From Caecitellus pseudoparvulus (Eukaryota; Protista; Bigyra: Bicosoecida), in assembly GCA_965644315.1 (NCBI GenBank), contig CBFFRQ010000043.1, positions 1-64,000 on the forward strand: DNA of 64,000 nucleotides. Direction: 5' to 3'. Positions 17,926 through 29,900 of the stretch are shown piece after piece. Numbering within the stretch: the stretch's first letter is position 1; every line of letters starts with the position of its first letter. A model generated the notes under the pieces. It made no database searches and was not told the DNA's origin. It saw nothing but the letters and a program-made list of their open reading frames with translations. The translations under genes were made by a program, and so were the position numbers.

Positions 17926-18894
17926 GGCAATGCCACGCGGCAATGAGGGATGCTGCGTGGGGCACAGCGCGTCCTGAAGGATCCGAGGCTGCACGTTCTG
18001 AAAGCGCTGTTGCCTGATTCGCGCCTGCGAGTGGTACAAGGAAAAGAGCATGATACACGGACCCTAGTAGTGGTACAAATGAGAATTCATGTGCAACACA
18101 GTGCATCGACAGCACTAGGCAAGCATTGTGGCGCGAGCAGCACGCGTTGACAGCTTCTGATGGGCGTTTCATGCGCCATCAAGAAGCGGAGGCGACTCCC
18201 GGACCCCCAAGCGCGAAAGCCCTTTGACATACTCACACAGCAGAACATTGGAGCTCAAGGTCTGTCCAGGTCAAAAATAGTATGCTGCAATGTGCCGATT
18301 GTGCCCAGTACCAAAATGAAGCGGCACGGCCCGCCTTGCTTGGCTGTGGCGGGCGTCACCACCCCGCTCGGTCTGCAGCGGCAACCTTCCGCACACCGTG
18401 ACACAAAATGGATCCTTCAACAGCCCCGCGTGGGCTACATGGCAGAAGTGGCTGGGGCGACATGCTGCGCGTGCGTCCCAGCAGCCGCCCGATGCAGCAC
18501 CTCAAGGAAGAGACACGATGCGCCCCACGCCGTGCTTCCCCCTCCATCATCATCCCGGGGCCAAAGAGTCCTTCCATTTGGACTACACTTCATAGCTGCC
18601 TCCAAAGCTGCCAAGGCCTGGACATCGAAGGGCCCAGCGACCTCTCAATGGCGCTGTAGCAGCCGCTGCATCCACACCCAGTTCAAGGCTGGCAGCATGG
18701 TACTCCCGGAAGTTCCAGACCTCAAAACGTGCCACAGGGGCCTCTATCAGTCTCGCGAGTTCTGCAGCTTGCTGTCTTCAACTGTTGATCACGTTCACCT
18801 GCATCATCCGGCCAAATCCTGCAACTGCTCTCTCCGATGCCTCAGCCACCCAGAACTGAACTCTGCAGCCAAGACCGACGACCACATGTAAACA

Positions 18895-20394
18895 TCACCG
18901 CCTGCAAGCTGACCTCAGAAGTAAACAATGGCGCCTCCCACTTCTCGTGCTTGTTCCGTACCATGCAGCGTCCTTCCCTGCCTGCAGGGCAGTGTCCCCC
19001 ACCAACGCTGCAGCTTCCCGTGGCATGGCCCGGCTGCCTGTGAGCCCCATCAACTCTCGCACCACGTGCGAGTGGCCATTCCTGCACGCCATGCGGAAGC
19101 CCACGTCAGGGCCGTCCCAGCTTCCCACGTGGACATCCACAGCTTTTTGTCCCGTGAGGGCCAACAGCTCGCGCACCACGTGCACGTGGCCACGCTCACA
19201 AGCACTCCGAAAGCCAACCTCTGGCCCAGTCCCATCTGCAACGTGAACATCAATCGCCCCCTCGCCAACCACGCCAAGTAACTCGCGCAGCACGGCCAAG
19301 TGGCCAAGGTAGCAAGCCCATCGGAAGCCATACTCGGGCCCAACTCTGTCTCCCGCGTGGATATCCACCGCACGCTCGGCTGGCAACGCCAACAGCAAAC
19401 GCACAACGTTTGCGTGGCCAAACCGGCAAGCGAGCCGAAAGGCAGACTCAGGCCCATCAGCATCCCCTGCATGTACATCCACGGCCAGCTCGCCAGAAAG
19501 GGCGAGCAAGTCTCGCACGACAGCCTCATGTCCTCCTGCACATGCAGACCGAAAGCCAGCTTCAGCCCCTTCCTCGTCACATGCGTGCACGTCTACCTGC
19601 CGATCACCAGTGAGAGCCAGCAGCACCCGAACTACAGCATCATGGCCGTGCTGACATGCCCTCCGAAAGCCAGCCTCTGGTCCCTCCCAATCTCCAGCGT
19701 GCACGTCCACAACGCGGTGGCCTGTCAGCGCCAGGAGCTCGCGCACCACACCAACATGGCCCCGTGCACACGCGTACCGAAAGGGGGCCTCAGGCCCATC
19801 TTCATCTCCCACATGCACATCAATCTCACGGTCCCCACCAAGCCGCAGCAACACACGCACAACATCCAAGTGGCCGTGCAAGCACGCGGCTCGGAAGGCA
19901 GCCTCCGGCCCAGCCGAGTCCCCAGCGCGCACGTCCACTACACGGTCGCTGCCGAGACGCAGCAGCTCAGAAACAACATCTAGGTGGCCCTCAGAACTGG
20001 CCGCTCGAAAGGAATACTCAGGCCCGTCTTCATCTCCGGCGTGCACATCCACGGTCCTTTCCCCGCTCAGAGCAAGCAGCTCCCGCACCGTCTCCACATG
20101 CCCATTCCAGCAAGCCAATCGAAAACCCGCCTCAGGGCCGTTCTCATCACCTGCATGGACATCCAGGCCTGCCTCTTCCTCCACGGCCAGCAGTGCTCGC
20201 AACAGGCCAACGTGCCCTGCTCCACATGCTCTCAGAAAGCCAGCGGTAATGTCGTCCCCTGTCAGAGCCCCAAGCACAGACTCTGCACTCGCCTTTGATC
20301 CGTGGAGCATGTCCATTAGTGTGGTTACGTCACCACCTGTGCAAGCAGCCCTCCACTCTCCCACGGCACCGGCATCTTCCGCCTCACTCGCCAT
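18895..20394 (-). CDS. Ankyrin-repeat protein (~11 repeats of 38 aa)
   Basis: Repeat DVHAGDxxGPExGFRxACxxGHxxVVRxLLALxGxRxV. The ATG at 20394 (MASEAE) was chosen within track ORF 18895-20457. Confidence 0.88.
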   Translation of the reverse strand: MASEAEDAGAVGEWRAACTGGDVTTLMDMLHGSKASAESVLGALTGDDITAGFLRACGAGHVGLLRALLAVEEEAGLDVHAGDENGPEAGFRLACWNGHVETVRELLALSGERTVDVHAGDEDGPEYSFRAASSEGHLDVVSELLRLGSDRVVDVRAGDSAGPEAAFRAACLHGHLDVVRVLLRLGGDREIDVHVGDEDGPEAPFRYACARGHVGVVRELLALTGHRVVDVHAGDWEGPEAGFRRACQHGHDAVVRVLLALTGDRQVDVHACDEEGAEAGFRSACAGGHEAVVRDLLALSGELAVDVHAGDADGPESAFRLACRFGHANVVRLLLALPAERAVDIHAGDRVGPEYGFRWACYLGHLAVLRELLGVVGEGAIDVHVADGTGPEVGFRSACERGHVHVVRELLALTGQKAVDVHVGSWDGPDVGFRMACRNGHSHVVRELMGLTGSRAMPREAAALVGDTALQAGKDAAWYGTSTRSGRRHCLLLRSACRR

Positions 20395-20904
20395 GGCGTT
20401 GCGGCGCAGATTCCGCACATGTGGCCTCGATGCACCTCCGCGCTGTGGAAGGAACAAGGCTCCAGCAGGCCGACCAGGGTCAAATTCTAAGTTTCACTTT
20501 CACATTCCAGTTTTGAACATGAACGGCACCTGGGCTTCCGCGTTTTCCTCACGCAGCGTACCTGCTCCAAGTGTCAGCCGAGGCAGTGGCGTCTGCTGCC
20601 CCTCGTGCCTTTCGCCTCGTGCTGCCTCCACAGCTTCTTCGAGCTGGACTGCTCACTCTCTTTTCAACCCAAACACCTTCATGGTCCTCTAGAGATCGCT
20701 CCACTTCCTAGCCTTCGCCGAGATCAGTTGCACGTCGCAAGACCATCAATGCAAGTTTCCGTTCGGCACCGGCGATGCTCCAAGGAGCCAGGAGAAGTTT
20801 GCAGCTAGTCGACTTATCGTGCACTACAATGTGCCTGCCACCAAGCCAGGCAAACTAGTGTGTGCATTTTGCAGCCCATGTCACCCCCTCTTTCCTTTCC
20901 TTTA

Positions 20905-23900
20905 TCAAGAGCGAGCAGTGGCAGGGCCGACGACCAAGGGCGACTTGGTGCGAGTGGCCAGGGTCTCCACACTCGAGTCCTCTGCTTCCTGGCGCAGGCC
21001 AGCTTCCCGCACCATGGCCACATCATGCGAGAGGGCGATTGCCTTCTCCACAGAAATGCAGCTGCCGAGCGCAATGCAGGCCGCTGCGCTCCTGCGTGGT
21101 CCAAACGTGCAGCACCAGAGGCCTGGGTGTGGGACGTGCTTCAAGTGTGAATGCGCCGGCGATTGCTGCAGGTACAGTTTCAGCCAGTCAAAGACCGCAG
21201 CGTGCCGCGTACGCAGGGTGGCGACGCCTGCGCCGAGCAGGAGGAGGAAGGTCATGGCCAAGAACAGTGTGTTGGCTAGGAAGATGGCGCCCTGCAGCAG
21301 GAACTCCGTCTTCTCCCCGACCAGAAGTTCGTCGCCCAGCGCCAGGCCTCCGAAGGCAGACACACAAATGGCGGTCAGTGCTGCGGTTTCCACAGCATTC
21401 ATCAGCGTGGCCTCGTACGGCAAGGATGCAACATGGACGACAAGAGAAGCTGACAGCACGAGGCAGATCAGCGCTGCTTGCAGCTCGGCATTGCGCACGG
21501 TGACAGCGACTGCAGCAAGGAGCACTTTCCGTGGCAGCACGACCAGCAACTCCCAGTACCAGAAGTTGGGCTCGTCTTCTTCTTTGCGGGGTGAGTCCTC
21601 AGAGTGCGCACGGGGAATTCTGAACCCTTCATACACCGCACCGTACACTGCCTTCACGCTGTGCTTGTAGACATGGTGCCTGTGGCGGCATACGAGACAG
21701 GCGCTGCCGAGCGGGATGCCGACGCCCCACACCAGCAAGCCAAAGTATGCTGCGAGCTGAGCGGTCTGGAACATGGAGTCCATGCTTCCGTGTGCGACAT
21801 CTGAACGGAGGAACAGGAAGCCCAGGATGCGGAAGTCGTACGTGTCCAGCATGCGCAGACATGCCTCGACTACAGGGAAGTGCACCAGCAAGAGCAGGAT
21901 GAAGGCTGCGCGATACGCTTGCTCAGCACACCTCGCCCGCTGCTTGAAGAGGTCCACAGTCTTTGCCAGCACAGCTTTCTCCTCAGAGCGCATGTTTGCA
22001 GGGTGGGCCGGCGGTGCGCTAGGCATCACAGCTGCTTCAACCTGCGCTGCCGCCTGGCTGCGGCTTGATCGCGGCTTGCGCATATCAATGACAACTGAGC
22101 CTTCCGACTCTTCATCAGCCTCGGCCAGATCGTCCAAGTCAGCCCACGCAGATGACCGTCTCGCTGCTGGAGATGGGTCGGTCGGGCCTGTGTCGTCTTG
22201 GAATGAGGTGGACCTTGGAACCAGCGCGGAAGGTCTGGATGTTGGAGACACCAGGGTCTTTGGCGCAGGGAAGGCAAACGTATCATCAACCAAAGCACGG
22301 TCTTTCTTGGGAGGAGTGGACACTGCAAGGGGCTGCGGAGCCACTACCCCAGACTCGGAAACGCCTTCCCCGCCAACTGAGCTACCACCCTTCTCCTCAG
22401 CGTACCTCTCAGCAGCAGCCTGCAGCACTGCGTGGTTTTGCCGCTGCAAGATGCTAGTCACACCCGCTACGATCAGCGGAATGCTCACTGCAGCAATAGG
22501 TATGCTGAGGGTGATGAAGAAGCGAGTGTACATGTCTGCACGCAAGGCGCACTGGGCAGGCACCGAGTTGGTGCTGACGCCGACCGACACTGAGGAGAGC
22601 CACGCCATGAGGCCATCCAACGCGCTTTCAGGAGGCAAGCGGGTACTCAACAGCACTGCATACATCTGGGCCCAACCGGTCATGACACGGAACACCCCAA
22701 TGAGCAGTCCCCTGCTCTGACCCTCCTTGCTTTCCCGATCACTCGTGCGCAGGGCCAAGTACACGAGGAGCCCCGTGAACAAAACCCATGAGCCGATGCT
22801 CTGCAGAAAGCCAAAACTGTCATCGGGGCACTTCACACAGAGCAACTGTGGGCTGGACCTTGCCCAGCCTTCAGCACACTCGCCACAGAGGATGCCCCTG
22901 TGCCCAGGCACACAGGAGATGCCACTCGAGTTTGCTACGGGCCTGCACGCATCTGGAGGCGTGCACTGAAGGATGCTCGCACCAGCGTAAAGAACCGCTT
23001 TCCCTGCGACTGCGGCCTGCAACTCAGCTGTCTCATTCACAAGTGCTTGCAGACGCCGTCTCGCGGGCGTGTCAGCGCTGGTTGTGTCACCCTGCAGCTC
23101 GGCACTGGCCACATCTTTCAGCTTGCTCCAGTACCTTTCCTGCAGCTTTGGGTGTGATGGCACCATGGACGCATCGGTCACACAGGTGTCACACCAGAAA
23201 CCCGGGCGAGGCCTGAACTGCCCAGCAGCGCAGCTGATGCCGTTCAAGGGGCACTGCAAGCACTTGGTCTGGGCCAGGTTGGCGAAGGTGCCGCCAGGGC
23301 ACTGCGTGCATGCAGCCTCTTGGTTTTCGACATTGGCACGGATTGTTCCAGGAGGGCAGCGTTCACAACGAAGCCCCAAAGTGTCATTGGTGCTCTGGCG
23401 GCGCTGCCAGCCAGTAGCACAAATGCAGTCCATCTGCGAGTCAGCTAGCACCTCGCTGTCGGTGCGGCACGATGGGCTGACTACCACAGCAGGCACAGCC
23501 ACTGCACCCCGTGACAGATACGGATATATGGCTTGTCCTGAGATAGAGGATGTGAGCAGCGTAGTTTGTGGCTGAGATGGTTGGACTTGCAGCACGGAAC
23601 GCCCTTCGTCCAGGGCGGCGAGCCCGACAGTCAGGTCGGCTTTGCCAGTCACTAGCTGGCGCACTTGCGGCAACTCAACGAGGGACTGTACTTCGCGACT
23701 TGCGGCATCTCGGGCTTCAAGCAGGAGCCCCACTTGCTGCCGCCCAGACACAATGATCGCGCTTCCAGGCGCTGTTGCATCCACCATGGACATGTTGCGT
23801 TGCCCGCTCAAAGCAGACTGAATGGCGACCATTTCGCGGTCAGCGCGTTTGGGCCACGAAAAGGCATCTGGCAGCATGAATCTACTCGTGTGCGAGAACG

Positions 23901-26900
23901 CCCCTCCACCGCGCACCTGCACCCGCACTGGGATAGCCCGGATTTCTTCGTACGCAGCCAGCGCAGCCACGTCAGTCGCACCTGACGCACCTTCTGCCAC
24001 AGATGCAGTGATGCGCACCAGGATTGTTGCCGCAAGCTCTCCGCTGCCGCACAAAAGTCCAAGTGGTGGCCGTGGTCCAAGACACAGCTCACCCCCATGC
24101 ACAACGCTGATTGGCACCACCAGTTGCCCAGTGGAAGCAGGCAGCAAGAGCTCATCCTTTGTCGTGGTTGTTTGTAGCCATGCGGCTGTGGACATGGTGC
24201 CCTGCGACGATACCACTTGAACGCGCAGATCAGCGAAGGATGCCAACGTTTGCAGGATAGCGATGCCGGAGGCTTCCTTGCTTGGCGCCACTGTCAGCGA
24301 CACCGTGCCAGGGACCACAGAAAGTAGCGTAGAGCGCATGGTCACGGGCAGCACATGATCAAGCTGCCCAGCTTGGGACTTGACATCGTATTCGTTCGTG
24401 CGCAAGCGCAGGGTGCTCGAAAACAGCCCGCTGACAGCTGCACCCGGAGACACCAGCCACACTGTGAGGAGCACGCGCTCACCCACGCCAAGAGACCCCT
24501 GCAGCACCCCTGACTCTTCGCGCAAGGATCCAACCGAAACGACGCCCAGCTCACTGGCAAGCGCGGAAGCAATGTCGGAGCCGGTGCCTCCAGCATGGCC
24601 ACATACACCTGCTGGGGTGCACACTGCGAGCCATGGTGCCAATGTAGCGTCCGCGTGGTCAAGTTTCCAGGTCAGGGTGCCAGACCCAACGTTTCGCAGA
24701 AGCAGCTGTTGAGTGCTGTTGCCCCCTGGGATGACATTGCGCTCCATGACACGAGGCCGCATGTCCGAGATCGGCGCGATGACCCGCAACGTGACCTGCA
24801 CGATGACAGGCAAAAGGTCGGCCACCCGAAGTCGCCCAGGTGCTCCACCGGCCGCTTCGTTTGAAGCCGTCGAGTTTGCCTGGAAGGTAACAGTGGCCCG
24901 GTGCAGGCCAGGAGGAAGGTTCGCAGACCTCATGGTCAAGACGACTCCTTGCTGGCCTTGGTTTGCGGGGGGTCGCGCCTTCCGGGCTGCAGACAGCGTC
25001 AGCCAGCCCTGTTGCTGGCCCCGAAAGGAAATCAGAGCGTCCCAGTGCACATGCTCGGCACTGGACACAATGACAGCTTGAGACTTTTCATCAGACTGGC
25101 CGTTCAGCTCAAAAGCGGCGGCCAATTCCACAGGGAAGGCGGTGAGGAACGGGAGGGGCTGGGGAGTGACGCTGGCGGTGGACGAGGGAGAGGCGCCGGG
25201 TGATTTCGTTGGCTGGGCGGACGCACTGCTGGATGCCGTCGGCGTTGGTGTCCTTCTGCTTGACGGGCGCACAAGAGGCGACCTGGAAGGGGCAATGGAA
25301 GGAAGCGGCACCGAGCTTTGAGCCAAGTCGACCACATTCACGGGCACGACTGCTGTCGCATTCAAGCCCACGACGCCGCGGACGTGAACCACAAGGACAA
25401 ATGCTCCGGAGTTCTCAGTCAACTCCAAGTACGCGATGGGGAGTCGTGGCAGCCCATCAACTGCGGCAGGCCCAAGCTGCAAGGAAAGGGAGACGACCAA
25501 GCGTGGAAATGTGGACGTAAAGGTTCGAGTCACCCTCCACCAGTCAGTCGAGGGCAGACAAGGACCCCAAGCTGCAAGCCTCGCATCGATGCAAGACACG
25601 CTCAAAACAGCAAGTGTCGCAGCAGATCCGACGTCTGCTGCGTCAGATAGCGACAAGGGAGCGCCAACACTGGTCCCTGTCTGGGCACCAACTAACAACA
25701 CCGCTGGATCGTGCAGTGCTGCAACAATGGTGCCCCCATCCAAGGCCACTTCCTGCTGCACAGTCGAGGACAGCCACTCGGGCGGCCTTGATGACGGAGT
25801 CGCGCTGCGAGTTGCTGTCACTGATGGCGTCACCGAGGGAGAATTGCTGGGGGTAGATGCTGCTGACGAAGAGGGCGTGAAGACGCCCAGTGTGGCGGTG
25901 GAACTCACACTTGGAGAGGCTGACGCAGTTGGTGTGAAGGTTTCTGAAGGGCTGGAGGTTGCTGTGTGGCTTGAACTTGTGGTTGGTGTTCCTGTCGAAG
26001 ACCCCGACTGAGAAGGGCTCGCGCTGCCTGACCCAGAGGCAGTGACAGTGGGGGTCACACTCCTGCTTGAAGTTGCCGAGGAGGTGATGGTAGAAGACGT
26101 TGTGCCACTGGGCGACCCGCTTGGGGTGGCAGTCGCTGAGGGAGTCCCGGTCGAAGTTCCACTCGTGGAGCCAGTTGGACTACTTGAAGCTGTCGACGAA
26201 ACTGATGCTGAGTTGCTGGGCGTGCCTGAAACTGTACCGGATGCGCTGGGTGTGCCAGACACAGTGCCCGACGCGCTGGGTGTGCCAGACACAGTGCCGG
26301 ACGCGCTGGGTGTGCCAGACACAGTGCCCGACGCACTGGGTGTGCCAGACACAGTGCCCGACGCACTGGGTGTGCCAGACACCGTACCGGATGCGCTGGG
26401 TGTACCAGACCCGGTGCTTGAAGGGGTCGACGACCCAGTTGCTGAGTTGCTAGGCGTTGGGCTTACAGTTCCACTTTGGCTCGGAGTTGGGCTTGAGGAA
26501 GGAGTGACAGTTGCAGAGCTGGTGGCACTTGGCGTCGGGGTGGCGGGAGGCACACCAAAGACGACTTGTGCTGACCCTGCACTTGCCCTGCCCATTGGAG
26601 AAGCGCTTGGGGCTCCGATGACGATGTCGCTGCCTGTCGTGCCGTCAATGTCAAACGACCCTGCGATGGACCGCCCAAAGCCTGATGCTGTTTGGCCGTA
26701 GACAACCATGCCTCTTGACGGATCACCCGAAATGGAACTCAGGGAAATGCTGCCGCTCGCAATGTCGCTCCTACCGTACACAATGTACACACGGTCTGCT
26801 GCAGTGCCAATTGCCAAGTCTGCGACGCGATCCCCACTGAAGTCGGCAAATGCTGCCACGGCAATGCCTGCATGCTCGACTGAGGTGCCCAGGATAGGCA

Positions 26901-29900
26901 CCCCCTGTCCAAGGCTGTCTGCCAGCACGCCTGCCCCGGAGAATGGTGGGGCATGCCCGAGTAGGATAAACGCAGCTCCATCGTCGAGGTTCGCATCCGG
27001 CATGCCCATGACGACATCGTCAAATCCATCATGGTTCACATCGGCAGCTCCACCAAGTACACTCCCGACACCGTGCACAGAGGATGTCCCTGACACGAAT
27101 ACCCCCACACTCGAGGAAAAGGCAGACATGTCCATAGCTGAAGCCCCAAACGTAAGGGTTGCTCCTGACAGCACAAAGACTCGTCCATGGGGACTGTGCC
27201 ACGGTGCGCCAACTGCCAGGTCTGCAAACCCGTCATCGTCAAAATCGCCAGCAGAGCCAACCGCAGTGCCTAGCTCACTTGCTATGGCCCCCTCCAACAG
27301 CAACGTGAAAGATGAGAGGGAGGCGACGGCGACGACAGATGACGAAGCAAGGTGGGGGCCACCCTTCAGAAGATAAACCACTCCAGAATCTGCGTTAGCG
27401 CTGACCGTCGCAGTGGGGGCGCCAACCAGGAAGTCTGCGTGCCCATCGCCATCCACGTCACCTAGCCCAGCGACGGATGCACCAAAGGAGTCGGAACTTG
27501 AGCCCGTCAGTGTAATGAAGGCACTGGAGTCAGGGGCAGTCGTGTTCACTGGCCCCGCAAAGCTGGCTTGCCCCCTTACGAGCAAGACCCCTCCATCTCC
27601 GCTGTTCAGCCCAGCATCGCCAATGAGCAAGTCATCGTGGGTGTCCCCATCACAACTCGCAACAGAAGACAGGGAGGCAGAAGCAAATCCAGCTGAGCCA
27701 GGTGGCGCCAAAACCGCCACCCCTCCGTCACCAAGACGGGTTGCACTGAAGGATCCTTGGAAGACGGCGCCTTCCTGGCCGAACACCACAACAACACTGT
27801 CCCCATCAACCACTGCGACATCTCCTCGACCATCGGAGTTGAAATCCCCCCCTGTTGAGACCGCTGCACCAGCTGCGGCGCCTGGAGCGCTGCCCACAAT
27901 GTCTACCTGAGTCACAGGAGCAGGTGCCGCCACTCCAGCTGGCTCCAAGCGGCATATGAAAGGAAGCAAGCTCAGGCACGAAGGAGCACCCATGCTTCCA
28001 GCTTCCATTCTCAACTCAGAAAAGGAACCCCCTGTCAGATACATGCAGCCTCCATGCTCAGCTGCAGGCCGGTTGGAAGAGCACGAGGAGAATCCACACA
28101 AGGGATCAAACAGGTTATCGTTGCCGGTAGGGGACACCAACGCGTTGCCAATGTGCGACACAAAGTAAGCTTTGCCATCTACCACAGGATCCGTTCGTGC
28201 GCGCACCCATAGTGGCTGCGAGTAGCCTTCGTTCTCCATCGTGCGCCGGAAGTACCCCACGTGCTCAGGGTGGTCGGGGGACGCCATCACGCCACCCAAC
28301 TCTGCACAATGCGCATCAGCGGATGCCCACGTCATGGGCTCGGAAACGAACCGCATGCACTCCCCACTGGGCGTCTTGGCCCATTCGGCTGGGCAAGAGA
28401 TGTTGAAGTTTGGCTGGCGGGCACAGATGTAACCTGGCCGGGTTTCCATGTAGCAGTCGCGATTTTCGAGCCCAAAGTCATTGGAGACGTAACCGGCACA
28501 AAATTGATACGCATTGGCGTAGGGGTAGCCTCCATCAGTCCAATCGTCAAAGTCAACGTGTCCGCTGGAGTTTCCCCACCGCCACATCGTAGACCCGATG
28601 GGTTCATCACCGAAGCGGTACGCCCCTACCCAGGAGTTCACGCCCCAGGTGCCGCTCAGCATGAACGGGCTGACAAGAAAGCGCTTGTGTGCGTCCGTTG
28701 GGAACGGTGCCAAGTAACCATGGCCTCCAGGCAGCTTCATGCACTCTTCCATGGCTTCGAAAGCGGTGATGCTGGGCGGCTCGTGTGCCGAGTAGCAGGA
28801 GCCGTTGAACGCCACCTCATCTGGTTCACAGGCCAGGTCCAATGCCGATGCCACGGGATCCAACATACAGACGCTTGGTCGCCCAGTTTGACACGTTCCC
28901 GAACCGTAGAACCTTGACCCAACATACACTGTCGAGAAATCAGCTTCATGGTACAGCCCCACACACGGCTCGCCAGAGTCCAACATGCACGTGCTGAAAC
29001 ACTCTGAGCGATGGGCCTCGCCTTCAGAGTGCAAGACTGTCGTTCGATCCGACTGGAACCAGGCGACTTCGCTCATGTCGGGTTCCAGCATCGCCCCCAC
29101 CCAGGCAATCTCCATGTTGGGGATGACAGACACCAGCGCCATGCGCTCTTGCATCCAAGCTCCACTTGCGAGGCGCCCCCCATCGCTCGCACACGCACTC
29201 TGGGCATCTAGCCACGAAAGTGGCGTGGGGTTATACCTCAAACACCGCTGCTGAGTCGCAGTCCAGGTCCAGCCGTGCGGGCAGAGTTCGTGCTCAATGG
29301 GGCGCTCACAAATGTAACCACCGGGCACATATGCTTCACAGCCAGCTTCGTGGTAGAACGTTGTCGCAAAGTTGAAGTACCCGCACATTTGATATGAGTC
29401 AGAGCTTGTGGACATGGAAAACGACATGAAGTCGGTGCCACCAGGGTAGGCAACTCCACTGTTCCACAGCCAGTCAGTCTGCAAGCCAGTTGCCTCTCTC
29501 CGTGACAGCCCGACAAAGTAGTTTCCACTGATGGGTTTGCCAGTCAGCCATGTTGACCTTGCTGTGGAGTGAATCGAAGCAAGTGTCCCGTTCCCCTCGG
29601 CACACTTGGCTTCCGCTGAGGCCCAAGTGAAGAACTGGTCCTGCTCCACCCAGAAGCATGCTCCATCAACTTCTTCCTCTGTGCCTGAACACGGCTTTGA
29701 AAACACTGGAGGAGGCGGTTCGTCGTCACCAGCAACGTCATCGTCGCTCTCAACAATGTCAGTTGGGTCGCGCACGACTGGATCCGCCATGCACAAGTAG
29801 CGGCGCAGGTCCGTGCAAAGGCCCCCACCAAACCTGCTCGTACCAAGCGACAGGTCGGTAGCCCCATGGATGAGAAGACCACACGTGTTCGGGTCAATAG

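Noticed and set aside
18160-18891. 243-aa plus-strand ORF
   Set aside because: No domain features and a composition typical of chance ORFs; the position fits intergenic/UTR sequence.
26215-26412. CRISPR-like array
   Set aside because: Contiguous 30-bp coding repeats with no spacers, in a eukaryotic gene.
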